A DNA stretch of 64,000 nt from Alphaproteobacteria bacterium (lineage in GTDB: Bacteria > Pseudomonadota > Alphaproteobacteria > Bin95). Shown here in pieces: positions 53,704-64,000 of the stretch. The first letter of the stretch is position 1, and every line of letters starts with the position of its first letter. The notes under the pieces were generated by a model, which made no database searches, was not told the DNA's origin, and was given only the letters and a program-made list of their open reading frames with translations. Location: positions 640,001 to 704,000 of the forward strand of contig OZ219788.1 in assembly GCA_964291285.2 (NCBI GenBank). The letters run 5' to 3'. The position numbers and the translations under genes were made by a program.

Positions 53704-56685
53704 ATGATCCCCCGGGGATGCAAGCGTCTGGCTGAGGTGGATTTTCCGATCGCGGCGGTGTCGCGCCATGCGGTGCGCGAGAAGTCGATCCGCCACGGCC
53801 ATCCCTCGACGCTGCATCTGTGGTGGGCGCGGCGGCCTCTGGCCTCCTCGCGGGCCATGCTCCTGGCGCTCCTGTTCCCGGACCCCTGCGATCCCGAATG
53901 TCCGGACGACTTCAAGGAAGCGGCGCGCAAGGCTCTGCCGGCGGTCGGTTGCGGGCGCGGCGAAACCGATGCGGATATCCGGCGCGGCCTGCTGAAGTTC
54001 ATCGCAGACTTCGCCAACTGGGACCTCAGCACAAAGCTACCTTGGCTGGAGGCGGGCCGAGCGCTCGTCAGGGCCGCCCATGGAGAAGAACCGCCCCTGG
54101 TGGTGGATCCGTTTGCCGGCGGCGGGTCGATCCCGCTGGAGGCACTGCGGCTCGGCTGCGAGGCGTTCGCGAGCGATCTCAACCCCGTGGCCTGCCTCAT
54201 CCTCAAGGCGATGCTCGAGGACATTCCGCGCCACGGCCCGGAATTGGCCGACGAGCTGCGCAAGGCTGGCGCGGAAATCAGGCGGCAGGCCGAACGGGAA
54301 CTGTCCGACCTGTATCCGGCCGACCCCGACGGCGCGGTGCCCATCGCCTATCTGTGGGCGCGCACGGTGCGCTGCGAGGCGCCGGACTGCGGCGCCGAAA
54401 TCCCGCTCATGCGCTCCTTCTGGCTGTGCCGGAAGGCGAAGCGCAAGCGCGCCTTGCGCCATGCCGTCGAACGGGTCGAGGGAGCGCCGCCGCGGGTGGC
54501 GTTCGAAGTGTTCGAACCCGTGGCCGAAAGCGAGGTGCGCGGCGGCACGGTGACGCGCGCCAGGGCGACCTGCCTGTGCTGCGGCGCGGTCCTGCCGCCG
54601 GAGCGCGTGCGCGCGCAACTCGCCGCCCGGCGCGGCGGCGCGGATGTGGTTTTCGACGAGACCGGCAACCGGGCCGGCGGGGCGCGGATGACGGCGGTGG
54701 TGACCCTCCGGCCGAACGAGGCGGGACGGCACTATCGCCTGCCGACGAAGGCCGACTACGCCGCGGTCCGGGCGGCACAGGCGCGGGTTGCCGGAATCCT
54801 GGAAGACTGGGAGCGCGGCGGCAAGCAGGGGTTGTGTCCCATACCGGATGAACCCCTGCCGCCCATAGGCACGTTGGGCTTCCGCGTCCAGCGCTACGGG
54901 ATGCTCCGGTGGGGCGACCTGTTCACCGCTCGGCAGAAGGCGGCTTTATACTCGGTCGCTTCGAAAATCGCGAAAACCAATACCCGGGCAATCTCGGGAA
55001 TAGTGTCGCTAGCGCTGGGGAAGTTGGCAGATCTTGGGAATGCTGGTGCACCATGGAAGCCGGATGCGGAGTGTCCAGTGCACATGCTTTCTAGTCAGAA
55101 AATCCCACCATTTTGGGATTGGACAGAATCGTTACCCTTCGGAGAAAGCAGCGGCTCTTTCTTTTCTTCATTTGACCGTAGCGCCCATACGCTTGGCGCT
55201 GCTTTCTCTATTCCATTTCCTACCACCGGAACAGTTCAGTTAGCCGACTCTGCGATTCACCCACTGCCCGACCAAACTACCAATATCTGGTTCACCGATC
55301 CGCCATACTACGATGCCATTCCCTACTCGGATCTCTCCGACTTCTTTCTGGTCTGGCTGAAACGCAGTCTACCCGATCACTTTCTTCTTCGGGACCCCTT
55401 CGATCCTGAAAATCCCCTCTCACCCAAGACACGCGAAGCGGTGCAGGACGAAACGAAGGAGACCGACGGTCGATCCAAGGACCGCGAATGGTTCGAAGAC
55501 ACGATGGGAAAGGCCTTCGCCGAGGGGCGGCGCGTTCTCGCCGAGGACGGCATCGGATCGGTCGTGTTCGCCCACAAGACCACCGAAGGCTGGGAAGCCC
55601 TGCTCTCCGGCATGATCCGGGGCGGCTGGACCATCACGGGTTCCTGGCCGATCGCAACGGAAATGGGATCTCGCCTCCGCGCCCGGGACTCCGCCGCCCT
55701 CGCGACCAGCGTCCACCTTGTCTGCCGCCCGCGCCCGGCGGATGCCCCGGTTGGCGAGTGGGCCGAGGTGCTCAAGGAACTGCCCCTGCGGGTTGCCGAC
55801 TGGATGGCGCGCCTGCAAGGCGAAGGCGTGCGGGGCGCCGATCTCGTCTTCGCCTGCATCGGCCCCGCCCTGGAGATCTTCAGCCGCTGCCGCGCCGTCG
55901 AGACGGCGGAGGGCCAAACGGTCAGCCTGTCGACATATCTGGAGAAGGTCTGGGAAGTGGTAGGCCGCGCCGCCCTCGAACAGGTGCTCGGCACGGCGGA
56001 GGCCGCCGCCCGCAACGGCATGACCGGCGCGCTGGAGGAAGACGCCCGCCTGTCCGCCCTCTTCCTGTGGGCGTTTCAGGGGACGAACGAATTGCGGGAC
56101 AGTGGACCGGACGATTCCGCGGCCTCCGAACCGGACGACACCCTCGAAGAAGAGGTCGCCAGGGCGACCGCCGGGGGATTCCGCTTGCCGTTCGATGTCG
56201 TGCGGCGCTTCTCCCAGCCCATGGGCATCGACCTCGACCGTTGGACAGGGCGGGTAATTGCCCAGGAGAAAGGCATCGTCCGCCTGCTCCCGGTTGCGGA
56301 ACGCGCAAAGACGCTGCTTGGCGCCGACGGTGCCCGCAGCGTCCCCGAATGGATCGAGGCCGGCGCAAGTGCCGACGCGCAGCCAACGCTGTTCTCCGAG
56401 CTTGACCCGGCGCCGGACGCCTCGCGGCCCGAGCGGGCGGGGCGCAACGGTTTCGACCCGGATTCCGACCTGCAATCGCCGGATGCGACCGTCCTGGACC
56501 GGGTTCATACGGCGATGCTGCTCCAGACGGGCGGGCATTCGAACGCCTTGCGTCGATTGATCGTTTCCGAACAGGAGCGCGGACCGGACTTCCTGCGCCT
56601 CGCCAACGCGCTTTCCGCCCTCTACCCGCGCGGCAGCCGCGAGAAGCGGGTTCTGGACGCCATGCTGCTGGCGGCGCCGAGGTGA
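53704..56685 (+). CDS. DUF1156 family adenine-specific DNA methyltransferase (system 2)
   Basis: EKSIRHGHPSTLHLWWARRPLA, VDPFAGGGSIP, AYLWARTVRC, TDPPYYD. Confidence 0.92.
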   Translation: MIPRGCKRLAEVDFPIAAVSRHAVREKSIRHGHPSTLHLWWARRPLASSRAMLLALLFPDPCDPECPDDFKEAARKALPAVGCGRGETDADIRRGLLKFIADFANWDLSTKLPWLEAGRALVRAAHGEEPPLVVDPFAGGGSIPLEALRLGCEAFASDLNPVACLILKAMLEDIPRHGPELADELRKAGAEIRRQAERELSDLYPADPDGAVPIAYLWARTVRCEAPDCGAEIPLMRSFWLCRKAKRKRALRHAVERVEGAPPRVAFEVFEPVAESEVRGGTVTRARATCLCCGAVLPPERVRAQLAARRGGADVVFDETGNRAGGARMTAVVTLRPNEAGRHYRLPTKADYAAVRAAQARVAGILEDWERGGKQGLCPIPDEPLPPIGTLGFRVQRYGMLRWGDLFTARQKAALYSVASKIAKTNTRAISGIVSLALGKLADLGNAGAPWKPDAECPVHMLSSQKIPPFWDWTESLPFGESSGSFFSSFDRSAHTLGAAFSIPFPTTGTVQLADSAIHPLPDQTTNIWFTDPPYYDAIPYSDLSDFFLVWLKRSLPDHFLLRDPFDPENPLSPKTREAVQDETKETDGRSKDREWFEDTMGKAFAEGRRVLAEDGIGSVVFAHKTTEGWEALLSGMIRGGWTITGSWPIATEMGSRLRARDSAALATSVHLVCRPRPADAPVGEWAEVLKELPLRVADWMARLQGEGVRGADLVFACIGPALEIFSRCRAVETAEGQTVSLSTYLEKVWEVVGRAALEQVLGTAEAAARNGMTGALEEDARLSALFLWAFQGTNELRDSGPDDSAASEPDDTLEEEVARATAGGFRLPFDVVRRFSQPMGIDLDRWTGRVIAQEKGIVRLLPVAERAKTLLGADGARSVPEWIEAGASADAQPTLFSELDPAPDASRPERAGRNGFDPDSDLQSPDATVLDRVHTAMLLQTGGHSNALRRLIVSEQERGPDFLRLANALSALYPRGSREKRVLDAMLLAAPR

Positions 56686-56811
56686 CGCCATGACGCCCCG
56701 GATCGCCGAACGACAATCCCCGGGCCTGTCGGCGCCGCGAGACCGGGCCGGCGGCGGGCTTCATCCGGCGGGGCCGGGAACCAGGGAACGTAATCGAAGG
56801 AGGACAGGATC

Positions 56812-57069
56812 ATGACGGAAGAAACCGAACTGCTGGACCGTATCACCGTGCGGGCCGATATCTTCGGCGGCAAGCCGATCATCCGCGACATGCGCATCGC
56901 GGTGGAGCATGTGCTGGGCAAGCTGGCGGCGGGAGACAGTGCGGAAAGCATCCTCGACGAGTATCCGTTTCTCGAGCCCGAGGATATCCGGGCCTGCCTG
57001 GTCTTCGCCCATCGTTCGCTGGCCGGCGAGCGTGTCCATGACCGCATTTCCGTGCGACAGGCTTCGTGA
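56812..57069 (+). CDS. DUF433 family antitoxin-like protein
   Basis: RIT...IFGGKPIIRDMRIAVE...ILDEYPFLEPEDIRACL. Confidence 0.9.
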   Translation: MTEETELLDRITVRADIFGGKPIIRDMRIAVEHVLGKLAAGDSAESILDEYPFLEPEDIRACLVFAHRSLAGERVHDRISVRQAS

Positions 57070-57440
57070 AGTTTCTTCTCGATGTCTGCGTGGCGTCGCG
57101 CATCCTGCACCGGACCCTGATCGATCTCGGGCACGATGTGCTGTCCGCCCGCGACGGACATGCGAACGCCTCGGACGAGGCGCTGCTCGCCATCGCCCGC
57201 CGCGAAGACCGGGTGCTGGTCACCGAGGACAAGGACTTCGGCGAGCTTGTCTTTCTGCGCGGCCTGCCGCATCCGTGTATCGTTCGGCTCGACGGGTTGA
57301 CGGCCATGGAGGAAGCGGCAGTCATGCGGGACCTGATCGAGCGCCAGGGCGCTGCAATGCGCAAGGGTGCCATTATCGTGGTCACCGGAAGGCGCGTGCG
57401 GATACGGCCGGCGGGAAATGTCGAGAGCGGCAATGACTAG
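57066..57440 (+). CDS. DUF5615 PIN-like (VapC45-type) toxin
   Basis: MKFLLD...GHDV...SDEALL..A..EDRVLVTEDKDFGEL; GTGA overlap with the DUF433 gene. Confidence 0.88.
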   Translation: MKFLLDVCVASRILHRTLIDLGHDVLSARDGHANASDEALLAIARREDRVLVTEDKDFGELVFLRGLPHPCIVRLDGLTAMEEAAVMRDLIERQGAAMRKGAIIVVTGRRVRIRPAGNVESGND

Positions 57441-60236
57441 GCATCCCTGGCACAAGGTCGTCACGCCCCGGCAGGAGGTGCGGGAAGGGCGCTCCTTCAG
57501 CCCGGACGAATTCGCCATCGCGCTGGAACAGGTGGTTGTCGGCACGGCGCCGCCCGACTACCGCGACCCGGCGCAGTTCTTCTCGCGCACCTGCTTCACC
57601 CGTGCGCTGACAGACCATGCCGGCATGGTGCTGCGCCGCCTCGCCGGCGCAACGCAGAACACTTCGCCGGTGCTTACCCTCGTCACCCAGTTCGGCGGCG
57701 GCAAGACCCATACCTTGACGGCGCTCTACCATCTCGCCAACGCCGGCAACGGGGTTGCAAGCCTGCCGGGCGTGTCCGGTCTGCTTGCGGCGGCAGGCGT
57801 TTCAAGCCTTCCCGAAGCGCGGGTCGGGGTGTTCGTGGGCAATGCCTGGGATCCCTCCGAAGGCCGCGAGACGCCGTGGATCGACTTGGCCCACCAGCTT
57901 GCCGGAGACCGGGGCGTCGCCGCCCTCGGAACGGCGGCGAAGACCACGCCGCCCGGGACCGAGGCTCTCGGCCGGGTGTTCGCCGCCGCAGAGGCGCCCG
58001 TGCTGCTGCTCTTCGACGAGGTCCTGAACTTCGTCAACCGCCATCGCGACCGGGCCGAGAGCTTCCACGCCTTCATCCAGAATCTGACGGTCGCCGTTAC
58101 GGGGGCCGCCGGGGCGGCGGCGGTCATCAGCCTACCGCGCAGCCAGGTGGAGATGACGGACTGGGACCGCCAATGGCAGGACCGCATCACCAAGGTGGTG
58201 CGCCGCGTCGCCCGCGACCTGATCGCCAATGACGAGGCCGAGATCGGCGACGTGGTGCGTCGGCGGCTGTTCGAGGACCTCGGCGACGAGCGGATACGCA
58301 AGCGAGTTTCGAAGACCTGCGCGGACTGGTGTTTCGAGCGGACCGCCCGCCTGCCTTCAGAATGGATGTCCGTGGACAGTGCGACCACAGAGACCAGGGC
58401 GCGCGAGTTTCTGAGGCGCCGGTTCGAGGCCTGCTATCCCTTCCACCCTTCGACGCTCTCCGTCTTCCGGAGGAAATGGAGCGCGCTTCCCCAGTTCCAG
58501 CAGACCCGCGGTACGCTTGCCATGCTGGCCCAGTGGATCTCCTGGGCGGCGCGCCAGCACTTCCGGCAGGCGCGGACGGAGCCGTTGATCACGCTCGGTT
58601 CGGCGCCGCTGCATGTGCCGGAGTTCCGCGCGGTCGTGCTCGGCCAGTTGGGCGAGCAACGGCTCGATGTGGCGATAGCCGCCGATCTTGTGGGCGACAC
58701 GGCCCATGCCCGCGCGCTGGATGCCGACACGAAAGGGGCGCTGCGCGACATTCACCGCCGGGTCGGCGCGGCCATCCTGTTCGAGTCTTCCGGCGGGCAG
58801 GTAGAGAAGGTGGCGCACCTTCCCGAACTGCGCTTCGCCCTGGGCGAACCCGAGGTGGATACCACGTCCGTCGACAATGCGGCCGGGGCGCTGGAAGCGG
58901 CGGGGTTCTTCATCCGCAAGATCGGTACGGACGGTTTCCGCATCCATCACCAGGCGACCCTGAAGAAGGTCGTCAGCGACCGCCGCGCCGCGCTCGACGA
59001 AGACACGGAAATCCGGCCGGCGATCCGCAAGCTGGTGAAGGAAGAATTCGACCGGGGCGCCAGTTTACCGGTCGTTGCCTTCCCGGAAGACGGCGCCGCC
59101 GTTCCGGACACGCCGCGCCTTGCGCTGGTCGTCGTCGACCCGGAGGCGGAGTGGCAGCCCGGCCAAGGCGCCGCGGAGCGGATTGCGCTATGGACAAGGC
59201 AGCGAGGCGCTTCGCCGCGGCTTTATCCCGCCTCCCTGGTCTGGTGCGTCAGGAAGCCGGGGCGCGAACTCAGGGAACGCGCGGAGCTGTGGCTCGCCTG
59301 GCAGCGGGTCTCCCGCGAAGTGGCCGAAGGCGTGCTCGGCACGGAGTTCGACCGGGCGGACCGGGACGAGGTGCGGACCAAGGTCAGGGACGCGGAAAAC
59401 GCAGCGCGGGACGAGGTGTGGGGCGGCTACCGCTTCGTGGCGCTCGCCGACGCCAGGGCCGAGACCGGACTCAAGACCATCGATCTCGGCGCGGGGCACA
59501 GCAGCGCCAGCGAGACGCTCTGCGGCCGCGTGATCACGGCGCTCAGGACCGAAGCACTGCTCAACGAATCCGTAGGCGCGGGCTATCTCGACCGCCACTG
59601 GCCGCCGGCCTTGAGGGAAAGCGGGGCCTGGCCGCTTACCGGCCTGCGCCAGAGCTTTCTCGACGGGTCGCTGACCCGGCTCGTCGATCCGGATGCCGTC
59701 CTGCGCCGCAAGATCGTCGAATTTGTCGCGAACGGCGACTTCGGCCTCGCATCGGGCACGATGGCGGACGGCGGGTACGGACGGATCTGGCACGCCGAGC
59801 CGGTCGGGGCGGAGGAAGTTGCGTTCGAACCGGACGTGTTCCTGTTGACCAGGGCCCGCAGCGAGGAGATTCGGGCGGTGGAAGCGCCCGGGCTGCAAAC
59901 GGCGCCAGACGCCGATGTACCAGACGCCGATACGCCGATACACCGACGCCTCCCAAACCCGGCCCCGATGCCGCGCAGGAGCCCGGGACTGAAAACGAAC
60001 CGCGCGGAAACGCCCCCCCGGTCCGATTGCGCCTGGCTGGAGTCGTACCGCCGGAAGTCTGGAACCGTCTCGGCACGAAGGTCGTTCCCAGGCTGCGGGC
60101 CGGCAAGGGGCTTGTCGTGGAGGTGAAGTTCGAAGCCGAGATTCCAGCAAACGCTCTCGCCGCCATGGAAGACGACCTCCGGCGAACACTGGAAGACCTG
60201 GACCTGGGGGATACAGTCCGTATCGAACGGCTATAG
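57433..60236 (+). CDS. DUF499 family AAA+ ATPase (system 2), frameshifted at ~59930 in a short repeat
   Basis: PWHKVVTPR, TQFGGGKTHTL, LLFDE, YPFHP, FQQTRG. Main frame stops at 60126. The family-like C-terminal domain (LRLAGVVPPEVWNRLGTKVVP...LEDLDL) is in another frame ending at 60236. Confidence 0.88.
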
Positions 60237-60305
60237 GCGCTGGCGGGTGGAAACGGTCGCTCGGGGAATATCGCCGTCCTGCAAGCTCTCCGGCGAGGAA
60301 ACAGT

Positions 60306-61075
60306 TCAACCCGCAACACCGGAAACATAGGATGGCTTTCTGGCATCCACGATTCGCATAAGGTGGTTCCCAGCATGATGACTTCCATGGCCTCCTGCGG
60401 ATCGTTCATGTGAACGTCGCGATGGGAATTCGGGTTCTTGTATGCGCCGATCGCCCCAGAGAAAAGCTGCATTCGTGCTGCCTTTTCATCCTTTCCCATA
60501 TCCATGTCGGTCAGAACCCCTCCCTCGGGTTTGAATGCTTCCTGCATGAGAACGCGGCCGATACAAGTATCAGGGAGGCGGGTGGCTTCCCGGACGAAAA
60601 CTTCGACGCCCTTCATGGCTTGAAATACGGCGACATCGAAGTCACCACGGACGAATGCACACCACACCTTGTCCGCAATCCGGGGATGGAGAACCTCTTT
60701 TGGGAGAATTCGCGCAACTCTGGAGTTTGCAAATTCCGTTTCATCTTCGTATTGATGTGCCCGTCGACTCAGGATGCGGAAACCGTGTTGACCATTCCTG
60801 TCAGGGCTCGGGATGAGCATCCCCTGCGCCTCCAGCCATGCCCAAGCCTCACAAATGGCGACCTTTATCTCTTCTTCGTGTTCCTCGACAGACCAAAAAT
60901 CGGATACGCGGTTTCCAGTTACTGTCATGCCGTTCAAGAAATTGCCAAGATGCACCGACTTGTCGCCTTTCTTGATCCGTCGACGCAGCACAAACAACAG
61001 CTTCGCGCCGAGTTCCTCCGGTTCCAGGGCCAGAAACTGTTCAGTATCTGGTATTCTTTCCGCGAGTTCCCGCAT
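60306..61075 (-). CDS. TIGR02391 (Ymh-like) family protein, 1-nt frameshift near C-terminus
   Basis: EAWAWLE..G, LHPRI, AVFQAMKGVE..VR, LFSGAIGAYKNPNSHR. The expected end NHLMRIVDA is out of frame at ~60368. Confidence 0.75.
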
Positions 61076-61269
61076 TGCTCTTCCTTTTTTCAACGAAGAT
61101 TGCGGATTTCAGTGATTCTGTCCAGGGGTTTCGGCAAGTCGCGACCAGCCTTGGGCGTGGCTCCGGGCACCTGGTTTTCGGTCAGCCGGGATTGACCGGG
61201 ACGGTGGCGGTCGCAGTCAAGTCAGGCTTGTCGTTCTTCCTTCTCATGCTTGCGCTGTTCTGGCTACCC

Positions 61270-61374
61270 TTTGGGCGCCCCCGCTCACCCGGCAGCCCCC
61301 AGCGTGCGGGGCGAGAGCCCGAGCCGCGCCGCCACATGCCGCGTGCCCATGAATTCCGGTTCGGTCGCGCCCAT
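61270..61374 (-). pseudogene. Excisionase/AlpA-like HTH remnant
   Basis: GGAGG SD, then MGATEPEFMGTRHVAARLGLSPRTL followed by out-of-frame CRVSGG. Confidence 0.5.
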
Positions 61375-61778
61375 CCCGCTCTCCTCCAGGTCCTTCCCGG
61401 CGCCGCCCGCAACGGCCCGGCAACCGGCGTCACTCTGGAGACCGCCGGCCTGCCTTGCGAAGGGATCGGTCAGGGGATTTCCACCGCCCCGGACATGCGC
61501 GCCAGCCCTGCCCCGAACCGCCGACACGCCGGATGCGCACGCTCCGAAGCTCACGGCCGCCGCACGATTGCCGCCCGGCGCATTCGGACCGGTGTCCGCG
61601 GATGTACGGCCAGTCCCGGCTTGCCCGTCCGCTCGCCGAACGACTCGACGGCGTTTCACGCGCGCGGCGGGAGACGGGCCGGGTTGTCATCCCGCAGCGG
61701 AATCATCGTCATGCCCTTCGGGCGTATCCGTTCGGGTTCCGGGGGATCGTATGCCTCCACGGATTTTCTGACTGGTAA

Positions 61779-62945
61779 TACCAGCGGTTGAGGGTTGAGA
61801 CTCATTGAGGGGATTCCCAAGGTTATCGAGTTCTGACTCAATAGCGATTCTGCGATTGGAGGGTCGTTATGAGGGCAGCAATCCCCTTGAGGGAGGATTT
61901 TGATGCGGCGCAGTTGCGCGGCTTGGCGCAGCGGAGCCGGGATGGTTCGCAGAACCGTCGCCTTCTTGCGCTTGCGGTGATTTACGACGGTTACCGTCGT
62001 TCGGATGCGGCGCGTTTTGCGGGGGTGGGCTTGCAGATCATCCGGGACTGGGTTCTTCGCTTCAACGCGGAAGGCCCGGAGGGATTGAAGGATCGCAAGG
62101 CCTCAGGTCCGCCGCGCAAGTTGAACGGGGAGCAGCGCGCGGCGCTGGCGGCGGTTGTGGAGAGCGGTCCGGACCCGGCGATCCACGGCGTGGTGCGGTG
62201 GCGGCGCTGCGACCTGGCGGCATGGCTCAGCGAGCAGTTCGGCATCTCGTTGGCGGAGACGACGGTCGGGCGGGAGTTGCGCCGGATGGGCTACGCCAAG
62301 CTCTCTGCGCGCCCGCGCCACTATGCCCAGGACGAAGCCGCGCTGGCAGGGTTCAAAAAAACTTCCCCGACCGCCTGAAGGAGATCCGCGCTGCACTCGG
62401 CGACGGCGTCGAGGTCGAAGTCTGGTGGCAGGACGAGGCGCGCGTCGGGCAGAAGAACAAGATCACCCGGCGATGGGCTAAACGCGGCACCCGACCGTCA
62501 GCGCCCAAGGACCAGAGAACCATCTCGGCCTACATCTTCGGCGCCATATGCCCGCAGAAGGGCAAGGCCGCCGGCCTCGTCATGCCCCACGCCAACACGG
62601 AGGCACTCAACGCCCACCTCGCCGAGGTCGCCCTCACCGTTGAACCCGGAGCCCATGCCCTCGTCATGCTCGACCGGGCCGGATGGCACACATCCCCGGC
62701 CCTCAAAGTCCCCGACAACATAACCCTGATGCCGCTCCCGCCCCGGTCCCCCGAGCTCAATCCCGTCGAGAATGTCTGGCAGTTCATGCGCGAAAATTGG
62801 CTCTCGAACCGCGTCTTCCAGAACTACGACGACATACTCGATCACTGCTGCCAGGCCTGGAACAATCTCGTCTCACAACCAGAACGCATCGCCTCCATCG
62901 GAACCCGAAAATGGGCCAATGGGTTCTGAACTATGCCCGCTGGTA
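61779..62945 (+). mobile_element. IS630-family element, complete, programmed -1 frameshift type
   Basis: Ends TACCAGCGG / CCGCTGGTA flanked by TAA on both sides; A7 slippery site TTCAAAAAAACT at 62352-62363. Confidence 0.92.
61869..62929 (+). CDS. IS630 transposase (OrfA 61869-62378 + OrfB via -1 frameshift)
   Basis: RDWVLRFNAEG, HGVVRWR, GFKK; WWQDEARVGQK, LDRAGWH, PPRSPELNPVENVW. Confidence 0.9.
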
Positions 62946-63053
62946 TAACTACTTCGCGCATGCGCTACGGTCTCGCGCATGGCGGTTTTCGACGCGGATT
63001 TCTGCACCGACCTGACGCTGGCCGAGGGGGGCGACACCTTGTGGTCGCCTCCC

Positions 63054-64000
63054 ATGGTGATGCCGGCGTGCGAGCCGCTCGACTGGGCGTCTGTGCTTGA
63101 AGAGGCAGAGGCGCGGATCGAGGAGGAACGGGGTCGCGCACGCGTGGCGGAGTTGCGCCGCGAGGAACTGCGCTGGTCGGAGAGGGACGCCTGTACGCGC
63201 GTGCGTTCTCTGGAGAGGCAGCTTGAGACTTGCCGGTTCAAGCTCAAGTTGGCCGTAACCGGGACCGCGTCGCGGGCCATGAAGGCGTTGGAGCGCAGGG
63301 TCGAGTATCAGGACGACGAGATCGCCGGTCTTTACCTCTCGTTGCGCCGGTCTCACGAGCACCGGGAGCGGGTCGAGGCGCGCCACCGGGACGAGATCAA
63401 CTGGTTGAAGCAGGACATCGACCGGGAGCGCTCGCGGCTCGCGAAGGTGCACCGCGAGGGCGAGCGCGTGGCCGAATCTCTGCGCAGGCGGTTCGACCGG
63501 CATCTCGCCGCGGCCAGGCGGCTGGTGAAGGCCCGGGAGGGCACGATCGCGTGGCTGCGCGCGCGCAACGACCGGCTGCGGGCGGCGGTCGTGCGGGCCA
63601 CGGAGCTGATCGGGTCGCTGCGGGAGAAGAATGCCGCGCTGGCCGCGCGGGTCGAGAAGCTGGAAGGCGACCTCGACAAGCTGCGCTCGACCCGCAGCGT
63701 CCTGTCGAAGGCGCTCTGCGGCAGCAGGAGCGAGCGGCAGAAGAAGCCGGGCACCGGGCGCGAGCGCGGCCAGCAGCGCGGCACCGCCGGGCACGGCCGC
63801 ACCCGGCGCCCCGGGCTCAGGAAGAAGAAGGAGACGCGCGACCCGCCGGAAGATGCGCGGATCTGCCCGCGTTGCGGCAAGCCCTATGTCGCCAACGGCG
63901 AGCGGCGCACCACCCTCTTCGAGATCGATGTCGAGGCCTGCGAGCGCACCATCGTCCGGTCGCGCTGGCGCCGGGCTTGCGACTGCGCCTCCGCGCCGCG
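63054..64000 (+). CDS. IS66-family transposase (TnpC-like) 5' part with long coiled-coil N-terminus; runs off window end
   Basis: Not in the ORF track; translated by hand. Coiled coil, then ALCGSRSERQ...RGQQRGTAGHGR...ICPRCG...FEIDV...RRACDC (IS66 leucine zipper + zinc ribbon). Confidence 0.8.
   Translation, partial: MVMPACEPLDWASVLEEAEARIEEERGRARVAELRREELRWSERDACTRVRSLERQLETCRFKLKLAVTGTASRAMKALERRVEYQDDEIAGLYLSLRRSHEHRERVEARHRDEINWLKQDIDRERSRLAKVHREGERVAESLRRRFDRHLAAARRLVKAREGTIAWLRARNDRLRAAVVRATELIGSLREKNAALAARVEKLEGDLDKLRSTRSVLSKALCGSRSERQKKPGTGRERGQQRGTAGHGRTRRPGLRKKKETRDPPEDARICPRCGKPYVANGERRTTLFEIDVEACERTIVRSRWRRACDCASAP

Noticed and set aside
59636-60305. 485-aa version of the TIGR02391 ORF
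   Set aside because: The extension results from the frameshift at ~60368 and overlaps the DUF499 3' end on the opposite strand.

Overview
High-GC bacterial accessory region, probably alphaproteobacterial (inferred from gene content). I found no rRNA, tRNA or CRISPR array. Left arm (1-12 kb): the 5' end of an acetylene-hydratase-like Mo/W-bisPGD enzyme, an intact ISAs1 element whose transposase carries an N-terminal DUF4338 domain, a PhyH dioxygenase, a small Cys-rich secreted protein, an IS3 remnant, a four-gene IS21 element carrying a degenerate DUF3991/Toprim gene, and integrative-element debris. The core is mirror-like. Two divergently oriented SNF2-helicase/DUF3883 + DUF1156 methyltransferase + DUF499 ATPase (restriction-like/BREX-related) operons, at 12.3-29.4 kb (-) and 48.7-60.2 kb (+), flank a type I secretion/RTX island at 30.2-46.7 kb. 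Both operons keep the same three core genes but carry different defence-like cargo in the same inter-gene slots: UvrD, PHP-ATPase, Schlafen-HATPase and DUF5677-like in one; VapBC, TM+TIR, DUF433/DUF5615 and TIGR02391 in the other. Other signals: an XRE-HTH fused to helicase 1 with a 28-bp palindrome just upstream; an AT-richer, apparently swapped specificity segment in methyltransferase 2; 9-nt G:C homopolymers in two RTX promoter spacers; ~120-bp inverted repeats around one RTX gene; and a 132-bp MITE plus two IS630 elements with 3-bp TNA target duplications. All family calls come from motif recognition by eye, not database searches.
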